A model generated the notes under the pieces. The model saw only the letters and a list, made by a program, of their open reading frames with translations, was not told the DNA's origin and did not search any database. Position numbers and translations under genes: made by a program. This document shows, piece after piece, positions 52,301-61,406 of a stretch of DNA of 64,000 bases. This DNA is from Flavobacteriaceae bacterium UBA3356 (GTDB lineage Bacteria > Bacteroidota > Bacteroidia > Flavobacteriales > Flavobacteriaceae): NCBI GenBank assembly GCA_002360635.1, contig DEQW01000003.1, positions 370,552 to 434,551 of the forward strand, written 5' to 3'. Within the stretch, counting starts at the first letter, position 1; every line of letters begins with the position of its first letter.

Positions 52301-52987
52301 GAAAAAGAAACAGATTATGGAAGTTTTTTTCAGTTAAAATTGAACCTAAATACAATAAAGTTAATTAATAATGAAAGTAATTTCTTGTTAGATGCAGCAG
52401 CAGAAGAATATACATTGCGGTCTTACTTTGCTGTTCCTGAAATTACTTATAGCTATAAAAATTATGATGCAGCTTATTTCCCAACCAAAGGAATGTTTTT
52501 TTCTGCCGCAGTAGGAGGGATTGATAATTTAAAATCGAATGATATTACTGGCTTTTTAAAGTCTTCCGTTTTGTTTTACAATTCACTATTAAGTAATAAC
52601 AGGCTTGTTTTGGAGACTGGGGCTTCTACACATTTGCAAGTAGGAGACAGGCCTGAATTTTACCAAACAGCGACTTTAGGAGCAAAAACAGGGTTAAGAG
52701 GGTACCGTGAGGGTAGATTTAAAGGCTTCAATAGCTTTTTAGGCAAAAGTGATTTATTGTATACGTTTCAACCCATAAAAACAGCTTTATTCCCTGTAAC
52801 GGTTAGAATACGTGGAGGGTACAATATAGGTCGTGTTTGGGTAAAAAGAGATACTTCAGAAAAATGGTACGATGCCTACGGTGGCGGATTTGATGTTTTA
52901 TGGACCAACGCCATAGTAGGAAGCTTTACGGCATTTAAAGGAGAAGAAGGAACTCGATTGTCTTTTGCACTTAAAATAAGCTATTAA
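49316..52987 (+). CDS. metallophosphoesterase(degenerate)-kinase-like-Omp85 lipoprotein, paralog 3
   Basis: Lipobox LASC; GNAA/GDNID/GNYE/HHP/GHEE; GGGHQT, ALKK, DRHSDQW, PRDRDQVF; LRGYR..RF.G, C-terminal Tyr. Confidence 0.85.
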   Translation: MKLSPFYLILSFLLLASCATSKLQTRLDRTIDDTYNEENVVNTIYVTGNAAKNNETTLSVLSKTIANNASKEKSVLFIGDNIDAENGEEEKLKKQLDPQIRVVKTTGATPYFLPGNYEWDFNKTKGLETIEDYLKENFEDGDILTPNNGCPLESIELSENIQLIAVDSQWFIEDWDKNPNMNDKCQIKTREKLLLEIAGEIKKSANKIIIFAMHHPMFTNGFHGGRFSFRDHIFPLQGNIPLPGVGTLITEIRSQGGVSKQNRFNYRYSELMKELEILLNKPDHRILIVSGHEENLQYIEEGNFKQLVSGAASTTKPVSLSDNGIFSYGKQGFASVEITDKGSVWVSFHASEEKKDTSNLLFRRKIFQPIEEPKTESYPKTYPRTYTASVYDIEKVEKSDFFKSFWGQHYRDVYGTKVKASTALLDTLYGGLEVVRPGGGHQTRSLRLVTKDGKEYNMRALKKSAVQLLETTTFNGIDAEKYFSNTVPEDLILDFYTAAHPYGAFAIPKLAKAAGVYYTTPELYYVPKQQRLEKYNEGYGNQLYMIVERPAEEYENRKSFGYPDNVESTDDLLEKLREDEDHTLDEATYIRARIFDMLIGDWDRHSDQWRWSEFEDEDGKLQFIPIPRDRDQVFANFDGSFLNLLRKLSGSINQFGIYNEDIKDVAWFNKAGSKLDRALIKRSDKSTWIEEAKKMQKAIDEEILDNAFKDLPVEVQDTTSSEIKKSFLKRKENLVNIVERYYHEFIKFQMLTGTDKDDHFVINRQPNGKTQITAYRIKDGEKGDVLFDRVFNSEETKEIWLYGLDDDDVFEVNGVAEKAILIRLIGGQDDDIYNISEGKKIVVYDNKDDEVEIKNKGGARFKTTNIYEANSYDYTKKKSSASTISLKTLYNNDTGVSLKASYTNDKFNFIKNPYSKRTNISLDYNFQTTGFDIDFLKGFAAVVNDFNFVIDGRYTSLDYTENFFGFGNETINPEDDLGLNYNRIQMEGIHGGLALEKETDYGSFFQLKLNLNTIKLINNESNFLLDAAAEEYTLRSYFAVPEITYSYKNYDAAYFPTKGMFFSAAVGGIDNLKSNDITGFLKSSVLFYNSLLSNNRLVLETGASTHLQVGDRPEFYQTATLGAKTGLRGYREGRFKGFNSFLGKSDLLYTFQPIKTALFPVTVRIRGGYNIGRVWVKRDTSEKWYDAYGGGFDVLWTNAIVGSFTAFKGEEGTRLSFALKISY

Positions 52988-53000
52988 CCATTAGAAAAAC

Positions 53001-53026
53001 AAAAAGCCCGCAAAAGAGCGAGCTTT
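53001..53026 (-). terminator. intrinsic terminator of dps (possibly bidirectional)
   Basis: Minus-strand RNA AAAGCUCGC-UCUUUU-GCGGGCUUU then U-tract. Confidence 0.75.
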
Positions 53027-53046
53027 AAATTTTAAGCTTTATTTAA

Positions 53047-53538
53047 TTATGCTTCGGGATGATTGTCACTAGCTTTCATAGACCATGCATCTAACATCCA
53101 GCTTATTTTTTCAACATCGGCAATATAAGCACCAATCATATCAATAGTTCCTTCGTCATCAGCTTTTTCAGCTTTATCGATTACAGCCCGCATTTGATTT
53201 AATATTTTTCCGTGGTCGTCTAAAAGAATTTTCACCATTTTGGCATCTTCTGTGCGAGAAGGAGATTCTTTTAAATTTGACATATCAAGGTAATCAGTAT
53301 AATTGCTTACAGGTTGAAAACGTAAAGTTAAAATTCGTTCTGCAATTTCATCTACTTTTAATTTTGCGTCATCGTACATTTCTTCGAATTTCTCGTGAAG
53401 ATCGAAAAAATTTCTTCCAACAATGTTCCAATGGAAGTTACGAAGCTTTTGATAGTATAAATGATAATCTGCTAACAGCACATTTAGTTCTTTTGCAGTT
53501 GCAGTTGTTTTGTCCTTGTCTAAGTTTAAATAGCTCAT
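53047..53538 (-). CDS. dps: Dps DNA-protection / mini-ferritin
   Basis: FHWNI.G..FF.LHEKFEE, DEIAER; ATG 53538; -7 TAAATTTG at 53556-53563. Confidence 0.95.
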   Translation of the reverse strand: MSYLNLDKDKTTATAKELNVLLADYHLYYQKLRNFHWNIVGRNFFDLHEKFEEMYDDAKLKVDEIAERILTLRFQPVSNYTDYLDMSNLKESPSRTEDAKMVKILLDDHGKILNQMRAVIDKAEKADDEGTIDMIGAYIADVEKISWMLDAWSMKASDNHPEA

Positions 53539-53745
53539 AATTTTTTTGTTTTTATCAAATTTACAAAGACATAGACACGACAGCAATTTTTATAGGCTGT
53601 TTAGTTTTTTTTTAACGTTGAAAACGAGCAAAATTTTACTATAACAGCAACTTTTATTTAAAAGGAGAAAAGCAATAATCTCTTTAAAGATTTGTTATCT
53701 TTGCGCGTTAATAAAACAAGAATTGTATTGATTTATAAATTTTTA

Positions 53746-56190
53746 ATGGCAAAAGCAAATTTTAGCATAAAAAAAGTATTGCTGTTTCTTCTGTTCACGC
53801 TTTGTTTCACAGCAGGCGATATGGTTGCACAGACTGTTCCGTCCTCATCAATATTATCTGCAGATGTAGAGGATCTTACCGACGAGCAAATACAATCTTA
53901 CTGGGAGCGGGCCAAGCAACAGGGGTATACGATGGAACAGCTAAAGGCTATGGCAGCAGCAAGGGGTGTTTCTCCCACAAAAATTGCTGAATTGGAGCGT
54001 AGGTTAAACCAAATGGGATCTTCTACAAAAACGTTGGAAGGTGAACAGATAGATAGTTCATTAAATATTGACAATAAAGCACCAATTGGGTTTACTGGAA
54101 ATGAAGTAAAAGAAGGGGTAACCAAAGACCCAATTTTTGGCTACGATTTTTTTAATAACCAAAACATATCCTTTACACCTAACATGAATTTGGCCACTCC
54201 AGCCAATTATGAATTAGGGCCTGGCGACGAAGTTTCCATAAATTTATGGGGAGCTGCAGAAAACAATTATAATGTAGAGGTTGACAGAGAGGGAGCGGTA
54301 CGAATTTCAAATATTGGCCCAATCTATGTGAGTGGGCTGACAATGCAAGAAGCTTCTGCTAAAATTAAAGGTAAACTCAAAAGGATATACTCTGGGATCA
54401 ATGCTTCAGACAATAGCCCTTATAAGGTTTTTCTTAGTGTTTCACTTATAAATGTTAGAACGGTTCAAGTAAATATTATAGGTGAGGTTAAAGTTCCTGG
54501 AACATACTCGTTAAGTGCCTTATCTACAGTTTTAAATGCTTTATATGCTTCTGGCGGTCCAACAAAGCAAGGTACATTCAGGGAAATTAAATTGGTTAGA
54601 AATGGAGACAAAATAACTCATTTTGATGTTTATGATTATTTAATAAACGGTTCACAAGTTGGAAATAAAACACTTCAAGACCAAGATGTAATAATCATCT
54701 CTCCATACATTTCAAGAGTGAAAATAAACGGAAGCGTTAAGCGTACGGGCACTTATGAGCTAAAACCAGGAGAAACATTGAGTGACCTTTTAAAATTTAC
54801 AGGCGGGTTTACTTCCAATGCCTATAAAGAACGAGTTGTTTTAGAACGCATTGAAGGTGATAGGAGAGTGGTAAAAGAAATACTGGTTGATAAGGAGAGT
54901 GAAACACCATTACAAGATGGAGATATACTTACTGTAAATGAAATTATAGACAAATTTGAAAATAAAATAACAATTGCTGGTGCTGTTTATAGACCTGGTA
55001 AATATGAATTTACACCAGGGCTCACTATAAAAGATTTAATCAATAAAGCTGCGGGAGTAAATGATAGAGCCTTTTTAGAAAGAGGTCTATTGTTCAGTAC
55101 AGAAGATGGCGTAACGGAAACAGCGACACCTTTTTCAGTTTCTGAAGTGCTTTCAGGTTCTAAGAGTATACAGCTACAACCAGACGACAGGGTACAAATC
55201 TTTAATAAATATGATTTAACAGAAAGCTACACTTTATCTATTGACGGTGCTGTTAACAACCCAATAAAAATTCCTTATGTTCAGAACATGACAGTAGAAG
55301 ATCTTGTCCTTCTTGGAGGTGGGTTTACCGACGGTGCAAACGAAAATAAAATAGATATATATAGAAGGGTAGATGATGATTCTTACGAAACATTAAGCGA
55401 AAATTTTAAAGTTTCTGCAAATGGCAAATTAACGCTTGAAGATGGCTCAAATTTTATACTACAACCAAACGATAGGGTTTCGGTTCGGTATTTAAAGGGT
55501 TTTTCTGAACAAATAAAGGTTTCAGTTACTGGAGAAGCTAATTATCCCGGAAATTACACAATAGAAAGGAAGAATGAGAAAATTTCAGATCTATTGGAAA
55601 GAGCCGGAGGCATAACACAGTACGCTTTTATTGAAGGTGCCACATTGGTTAGATTAAACCCTTTTTACAAAGAAGAGACACAACGAGAAACTTTTGAAGG
55701 GTTAGCCGAGAAGGAAGAAGTTACCGGAACTGAGGACGATAACCTAAAAAACCGTAGAGAATTTAGAGTAGGAATTAATCTAGAAAAGATTATTGATAAT
55801 GAAGACTCTAAACATAATTTAGTTTTAAAGAGTGGAGACCAACTGATAATCCCATCGACCAAGCAAACTGTAAAAGTAGAAGGGGAAGTATTGGTCCCTT
55901 CTTTGGTACGTTTTGAAAAAGGAATGACCTTAAAAGATTACATAAGTAAATCGGGTGGTTTTTCATCAGACGCTAAAAAAGGAAAAACCTATGTGGTATA
56001 TGCTAATGGGGACATCGCTTCAACCAAACATTTTTTATTCTTTAGGAGTTATCCAAGATTAGAGCCAGGTGCCGCCATATTAGTCCCTGCTAAACCAGAA
56101 AATAAAAATAAATTATCTGCACAAGAAGTGGTGGGTATAAGTACTGGTTTAACAACATTGGGACTTTTAATAGATAGATTGCTTCAATAA
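53746..56190 (+). CDS. SLBB-repeat polysaccharide export protein (Wza/KpsD-like)
   Basis: YELGPGDEV, multiple GEVKVPG/GSVKRTG/GAVYRPG SLBB repeats; -7 TATCTTTG at 53696-53703. Confidence 0.9.
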   Translation: MAKANFSIKKVLLFLLFTLCFTAGDMVAQTVPSSSILSADVEDLTDEQIQSYWERAKQQGYTMEQLKAMAAARGVSPTKIAELERRLNQMGSSTKTLEGEQIDSSLNIDNKAPIGFTGNEVKEGVTKDPIFGYDFFNNQNISFTPNMNLATPANYELGPGDEVSINLWGAAENNYNVEVDREGAVRISNIGPIYVSGLTMQEASAKIKGKLKRIYSGINASDNSPYKVFLSVSLINVRTVQVNIIGEVKVPGTYSLSALSTVLNALYASGGPTKQGTFREIKLVRNGDKITHFDVYDYLINGSQVGNKTLQDQDVIIISPYISRVKINGSVKRTGTYELKPGETLSDLLKFTGGFTSNAYKERVVLERIEGDRRVVKEILVDKESETPLQDGDILTVNEIIDKFENKITIAGAVYRPGKYEFTPGLTIKDLINKAAGVNDRAFLERGLLFSTEDGVTETATPFSVSEVLSGSKSIQLQPDDRVQIFNKYDLTESYTLSIDGAVNNPIKIPYVQNMTVEDLVLLGGGFTDGANENKIDIYRRVDDDSYETLSENFKVSANGKLTLEDGSNFILQPNDRVSVRYLKGFSEQIKVSVTGEANYPGNYTIERKNEKISDLLERAGGITQYAFIEGATLVRLNPFYKEETQRETFEGLAEKEEVTGTEDDNLKNRREFRVGINLEKIIDNEDSKHNLVLKSGDQLIIPSTKQTVKVEGEVLVPSLVRFEKGMTLKDYISKSGGFSSDAKKGKTYVVYANGDIASTKHFLFFRSYPRLEPGAAILVPAKPENKNKLSAQEVVGISTGLTTLGLLIDRLLQ

Positions 56191-56191
56191 T

Positions 56192-57292
56192 ATGGAAAAT
56201 GATAACACATCTGAAAAATCGGTATTTCAAGTAGATACTTTTGATATATTAAAGATATTATACAGCTCCAGAAAGATTATCTTAAAATTTCTTGTCGTTT
56301 TTGTTATTTTAGGAATTTTAGTTGCCTTTTTACTGCCTAAGGAATATACATCTTCTTCTGTTTTTGTTACGCAAGTTTCTTCTTCCAAAAAACTAGGAAA
56401 AAAAATAAGTGGAATTGCAAATTTAATAGGAGTCAATGTTGGAGATTCAGGTAGTGATGTAATACTGCCAATGCAATATCCATTAATTGTAGAAAGCACA
56501 CCTTTCAAAAAACAAATATTAGAATCTAAAATACCCGTAAAGGAACAAGACAGCTCTGTTTCTGTTTCCTATTATCTTACTGATATTAGAAAACCTGGTG
56601 TACTGAGTAACATAAAGGGTTACACAATTGGTTTGCCAGGTAAAATTATTGGATTGTTTAAAAGCCCTAAAGTTGAAGAAACTATCAACGCTCAGGACTC
56701 TACTTCCTTTTATTTAAATTCAAATGAAAAACAACAACTTGATTATTTGTATTCAAATTTTTCAGTAAACATCAATGATGTTGATGGTTATATAGAAATC
56801 TCTACTACGTTCCCAGAGGCAAAAGCATCGGCTAAGCTTGCAAGTAATATACAGAACTTGCTTCAAAAATTTATTATTGAATACAATATTAAAAAAGCAA
56901 GACAGGAATTAGAGTACATCGACGAACGCTTTAAAGAAGCAGAGAAAGATTATTTTAATAAAAGAGCTGCATTGGCAAATTATAAAGATAGGAATGTAAA
57001 CGTTATAAGTAATTTGGCTCAAAATAGATTAGAACAATTACAAACAGAGTATAGTTTGTCTTCTAACATTTATTCTCAGTTAGCGGGAGAATTTGAAACA
57101 GCTAAACTAAACGTAAAAAAAGATACACCTGTTTTTACAATAATTAAGCCTGCAACCATCCCAATAGAACCTTCATCACCTAATAAATTATTGGTACTCG
57201 TTCAATTTATTTTAATAGGATTTTTGCTAGGGGCTTTTTATATTTTATTTAAACATTTTTATCCAGCAATAAAAGATAAAATTACAAAATAG
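56192..57292 (+). CDS. Wzz/polysaccharide co-polymerase chain-length determinant
   Basis: N-terminal TM + LPKEYTSSS, coiled coil, IIKPATIPIEPSSPNK + C-terminal TM. Confidence 0.88.
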   Translation: MENDNTSEKSVFQVDTFDILKILYSSRKIILKFLVVFVILGILVAFLLPKEYTSSSVFVTQVSSSKKLGKKISGIANLIGVNVGDSGSDVILPMQYPLIVESTPFKKQILESKIPVKEQDSSVSVSYYLTDIRKPGVLSNIKGYTIGLPGKIIGLFKSPKVEETINAQDSTSFYLNSNEKQQLDYLYSNFSVNINDVDGYIEISTTFPEAKASAKLASNIQNLLQKFIIEYNIKKARQELEYIDERFKEAEKDYFNKRAALANYKDRNVNVISNLAQNRLEQLQTEYSLSSNIYSQLAGEFETAKLNVKKDTPVFTIIKPATIPIEPSSPNKLLVLVQFILIGFLLGAFYILFKHFYPAIKDKITK

Positions 57293-57332
57293 CTATTCCT
57301 ATGATTTTGGTTTAGCTTAAATAGATACTAAA

Positions 57333-58127
57333 GTGAATTTAATAGATATAGCAATTCAAGCTTCACTGGAAGCGGGAGAAGAAATTATGAACGTTTATAG
57401 TACTTCAAACTTTGAAGTGGAAACAAAAAATGATGACTCTCCTTTAACCATTGCAGATAAACGTGCCAACGACATAATAATTTCTTATCTAAAACAAACC
57501 GATATTCCTATTATCAGTGAAGAAAATAAACAAATGAAGTTTTCTGAACGAAAAAACTGGGATAAATGTTGGATAGTAGACCCTTTAGATGGGACTAAAG
57601 AATTTATAAAGAAGAATGGTGAGTTTACGGTTAATATAGCACTAATTGAAGACGGAATTCCAATTTTAGGTGTATTATATGTTCCAGACTTTAAAACACT
57701 ATACTTTACTGAAGTTGACACCAAAAAAGCTTTCAAAGTTCAATTGGAAAATCATGATACATCTTTACGTGACATATATGCAAATGCTTCTGAAATAAAA
57801 CCGGTGAAAAACAAAGATAAAGCACGTATAGTAGGAAGCCGCTCGCACTTAAATGAAGAGACAAAAAAGTATATTGATACCATTTCAGAAAATGAAGAGG
57901 TGGAAATTGTATCAAAAGGAAGCTCTCTAAAATTCTGTTTGGTTGCAGAAGGTAAAGCCGATTTATACCCTCGTTATGCTCCAACAATGGAGTGGGATAC
58001 AGCAGCAGGGCATGCTATCTGTCAGGCTGTAGGTGTAACCGTAACAGCGCTCCCTGCAAACAAACCTTTGCAGTACAATAAAGAAAATTTATTGAACCCT
58101 TGGTTTTTGGTATCTAACCGAAGCTAA
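57333..58127 (+). CDS. cysQ: 3'(2'),5'-bisphosphate nucleotidase
   Basis: SPLTIAD, SEE, DPLDGTKEF, SRSH, GSSLKFC, WDTAAG; GTG start. Confidence 0.95.
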   Translation: MNLIDIAIQASLEAGEEIMNVYSTSNFEVETKNDDSPLTIADKRANDIIISYLKQTDIPIISEENKQMKFSERKNWDKCWIVDPLDGTKEFIKKNGEFTVNIALIEDGIPILGVLYVPDFKTLYFTEVDTKKAFKVQLENHDTSLRDIYANASEIKPVKNKDKARIVGSRSHLNEETKKYIDTISENEEVEIVSKGSSLKFCLVAEGKADLYPRYAPTMEWDTAAGHAICQAVGVTVTALPANKPLQYNKENLLNPWFLVSNRS

Positions 58128-58132
58128 TAAGT

Positions 58133-58585
58133 ATGGGTAAGTACAAACAAGAATCACATTACAGGAGTATATTAAAAGGGATTTCTTGGCGTATTATTGC
58201 AACGGCCGATACTATTTTGGTTGTTTTTTTAATTACCTGCTTAAATGGTAATTGTAGTATAGACAGTGCCATAAAGATTGGTTTTTTTGAATTTTTTATT
58301 AAACTCACTGTTTATTATGTACATGAGCGAGTTTGGCAAAAAATATTACTTGGAAAAGAAGTAAACCCACGCCAAACATTATACAAAACCATTTCTTGGC
58401 GAATTATTGCAACAACGGGAACCTTTATTATTTCAGGTCTAGTATTAAATGCTTTTGATGAGATAGCACTTTATGTTGCCTTAGCAGAGTTGGTTTCCAA
58501 GTTTATATTATATTATATACACGAACGTATTTGGTTACGATTACCATTGGGAAGAGTTAGAAATTTCTTTGTTAGGAAAAAATAA
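58133..58585 (+). CDS. tandem DUF2061 membrane protein
   Basis: Twice K.ISWRIIAT...YY.HER.W. Confidence 0.88.
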   Translation: MGKYKQESHYRSILKGISWRIIATADTILVVFLITCLNGNCSIDSAIKIGFFEFFIKLTVYYVHERVWQKILLGKEVNPRQTLYKTISWRIIATTGTFIISGLVLNAFDEIALYVALAELVSKFILYYIHERIWLRLPLGRVRNFFVRKK

Positions 58586-58594
58586 AAAAGTAGT

Positions 58595-59188
58595 ATGCAA
58601 GAAAACATTATTCCACACGATTTTAAAATAACCAAAAAGAAAAGGTCTGAATTAAAAGAGCACAATTCATTTCTTATCTGGTTTACTGGCTTGTCTGGTT
58701 CTGGAAAATCCACCATTGCTAATGCATTAGAGCAAGAGCTATATAACCAAAAAATACATACATATACCTTAGATGGTGATAATGTTAGAAAAGGGCTTAA
58801 CAATGACTTAGCTTTTACACCAGAAGATCGCACCGAAAATATTCGTAGAATTGCTGAAACTGCAAATTTATTTGTCGATGCAGGTGTAGTTGTATTGGCA
58901 GCGTTTGTTTCGCCTTACAAAAAGGACCGCGAATTGATAAAAAAAACGGTCAAAGATGTTAACTTTATCGAAATTTTTATTGACACACCGATTGAAGAGT
59001 GTGAGAAAAGAGACGTAAAGGGATTGTACGCAAAAGCAAGAAAAGGGTTGATAAAAGATTTTACCGGAGTAAACGCACCGTATGAAGCTCCTGACAACGC
59101 AACTATAACAATCGATACAACGAAGGTTTCCGTTTCAGAATCTGTTGAAATAATAATGAAAGCAATAAAACCCAAATTAGAATTATAA
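58595..59188 (+). CDS. cysC: adenylyl-sulfate kinase
   Basis: [32 protein letters not shown]. Confidence 0.96.
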   Translation: MQENIIPHDFKITKKKRSELKEHNSFLIWFTGLSGSGKSTIANALEQELYNQKIHTYTLDGDNVRKGLNNDLAFTPEDRTENIRRIAETANLFVDAGVVVLAAFVSPYKKDRELIKKTVKDVNFIEIFIDTPIEECEKRDVKGLYAKARKGLIKDFTGVNAPYEAPDNATITIDTTKVSVSESVEIIMKAIKPKLEL

Positions 59189-59195
59189 AGAAACT

Positions 59196-60101
59196 ATGAG
59201 CAAGTATTATTTAAATTATCTAGACGAATTAGAGTCTGAAGCAATTTACATACTACGGGAAGTATGGGCACAATTTGAAAACCCGGTCATTCTTTTTTCC
59301 GGGGGTAAAGATTCTATTTTGGTAACACATTTAGCTAAAAAAGCATTTTATCCTTCAAAAATACCATTTCCATTAATGCATGTGGATACAGGACACAATT
59401 TCCCTGAAACCATTCAGTTTAGAGATGATTTAATAGAAAAATTTGATGCACAATTAATTGTTGGTTCGGTACAAGAATCAATCGATCAAGGTCGTGTAGC
59501 TGAAGAAAAAGGGAAGAATGCCACCCGAAATGCATTGCAAATCACTACCCTTTTAGATGCTATAGAAACCAATAAAGTGGATTGTGCCATTGGAGGTGGT
59601 CGTCGTGATGAAGAGAAAGCTAGGGCAAAAGAACGGTTCTTTTCACATAGGGACGATTTTGGACAATGGGATCCTAAAAACCAGCGTCCAGAACTGTGGA
59701 ACATTCTTAATGGAAAGCATTTTGAAGGTGAACACTTTAGAGCTTTCCCAATAAGCAATTGGACCGAAATGGACGTGTGGAATTATATAAAAAGAGAAAA
59801 TATAGAAATACCATCCTTGTATTACGCGCATGAAAGAGAAGTAGTATGGCGCAATGATTCTTGGATACCAGTTTCAGAATATTTAAAACTGGAAGAAGGC
59901 GAAGAAATCGTTACCAAGAAAATCCGTTTTAGAACATTGGGTGATATAACTATTACTGGAGGCATGGAATCTGATGCCGATACGTTAGAAAAAATTGCTA
60001 TGGAGGTTTCTGCCATGAAACAAACAGAACGAGGTAATCGTACTGATGATAAGCGTAGCGAAACATCGATGGAGGACAGAAAAAGACAAGGATACTTTTA
60101 A
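59196..60101 (+). CDS. cysD: sulfate adenylyltransferase subunit 2
   Basis: FSGGKDS, GGRRDEEKARAKER, RFRTLG, RKRQGYF. Confidence 0.97.
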   Translation: MSKYYLNYLDELESEAIYILREVWAQFENPVILFSGGKDSILVTHLAKKAFYPSKIPFPLMHVDTGHNFPETIQFRDDLIEKFDAQLIVGSVQESIDQGRVAEEKGKNATRNALQITTLLDAIETNKVDCAIGGGRRDEEKARAKERFFSHRDDFGQWDPKNQRPELWNILNGKHFEGEHFRAFPISNWTEMDVWNYIKRENIEIPSLYYAHEREVVWRNDSWIPVSEYLKLEEGEEIVTKKIRFRTLGDITITGGMESDADTLEKIAMEVSAMKQTERGNRTDDKRSETSMEDRKRQGYF

Positions 60102-60124
60102 AAAAATAAAGAAGCAGTAGCATA

Positions 60125-61381
60125 ATGGAAATAAAAGAAAATCAATTATTACGATTTACAACGGCAGGAAGTGTAGATGATGGTAAAAGTACCTTAATAG
60201 GAAGATTACTTTTTGATAGTAAAGCCATTTTTGAAGATCAATTACAAGCTGTGGAAACAACCAGTAAGCGAAAAGGTCACGAAGGGGTTGATTTAGCTTT
60301 ATTTACTGATGGTTTAAAAGATGAAAGAGAACAAGGTATTACTATTGATGTTGCCTACCGTTATTTTACTACCCCAAAGCGAAAGTTTATAATTGCCGAT
60401 ACTCCAGGCCACATACAATACACCCGTAATATGGTTACTGGAGCATCTACGGCCAATGCAGCCTTAATTTTAATCGATGCTCGGCATGGAGTTATTGAAC
60501 AAACTAAACGTCACGCTTTTATTGCCTCTTTACTTCAAATACCACATATTGTTGTTTGTGTCAACAAAATGGATTTGGTAGATTTTTCAGAAGAAGTATA
60601 TAACAATATCATTACTCAATTTGAAGAATTTTCTTCAAAGTTGTATGTAAAAGATATCCGGTTTTTACCTATTAGTGCTTTATTGGGTGATAATGTTGTG
60701 AACCGTTCAGAAAATATGGACTGGTATCAAGGAGCTCCATTATTGTATACCTTGGAAAATATTCATATTAGCAGCGATATTAACAAAATTGATGCACGTT
60801 TTCCAGTACAAACAGTATTGCGCCCACAAAGTGAAGGGTTTATAGATTACCGTGGTTACGCAGGAAGGGTTGCAAGTGGTATTTTTAGGCCAAATGACGA
60901 AGTAGCGGTAATGCCTTCAGGCTTTACATCAAGAATAAAATCTATTGATACTTTTGATGGCGAGTTAAAAGAAGCTTTTGCCCCAATGTCTATATCTATT
61001 ACATTAGAAGATGATATTGATGTAAGCCGGGGTGACATGATTGTAAAGGTTAATAACAAACCGGAAGCAGAACAGGAGTTTAGCGCGATGATTTGCTGGC
61101 TAAATAATGAGCCCTCAAAACCTCGGGCGAAATATACTATTATGCACACCTCTAATGAGCAAACAGCTATGATTAAAAGTGTACTGTATAAAATAGATAT
61201 TAACACCTATGACCGTGATGAAGAGGATAAAGATTTGAAAATGAATGATATTGCCCGTGTGACTATACGAACAACTCGTAGGCTAATGGTCGATGAGTAC
61301 CGTGATAATAGAAATACAGGAAGTTTTATATTAGTAGACGATGTTACAAACGAAACCGTAGCTGCTGGTATGATATTGTAA
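60125..61381 (+). CDS. cysN: sulfate adenylyltransferase subunit 1
   Basis: GSVDDGKST, EREQGITIDVAY, DTPGH, NKMD. Confidence 0.96.
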   Translation: MEIKENQLLRFTTAGSVDDGKSTLIGRLLFDSKAIFEDQLQAVETTSKRKGHEGVDLALFTDGLKDEREQGITIDVAYRYFTTPKRKFIIADTPGHIQYTRNMVTGASTANAALILIDARHGVIEQTKRHAFIASLLQIPHIVVCVNKMDLVDFSEEVYNNIITQFEEFSSKLYVKDIRFLPISALLGDNVVNRSENMDWYQGAPLLYTLENIHISSDINKIDARFPVQTVLRPQSEGFIDYRGYAGRVASGIFRPNDEVAVMPSGFTSRIKSIDTFDGELKEAFAPMSISITLEDDIDVSRGDMIVKVNNKPEAEQEFSAMICWLNNEPSKPRAKYTIMHTSNEQTAMIKSVLYKIDINTYDRDEEDKDLKMNDIARVTIRTTRRLMVDEYRDNRNTGSFILVDDVTNETVAAGMIL

Positions 61382-61406
61382 ATACTTTTTTACTTTCTTA
61401 AAAAAT

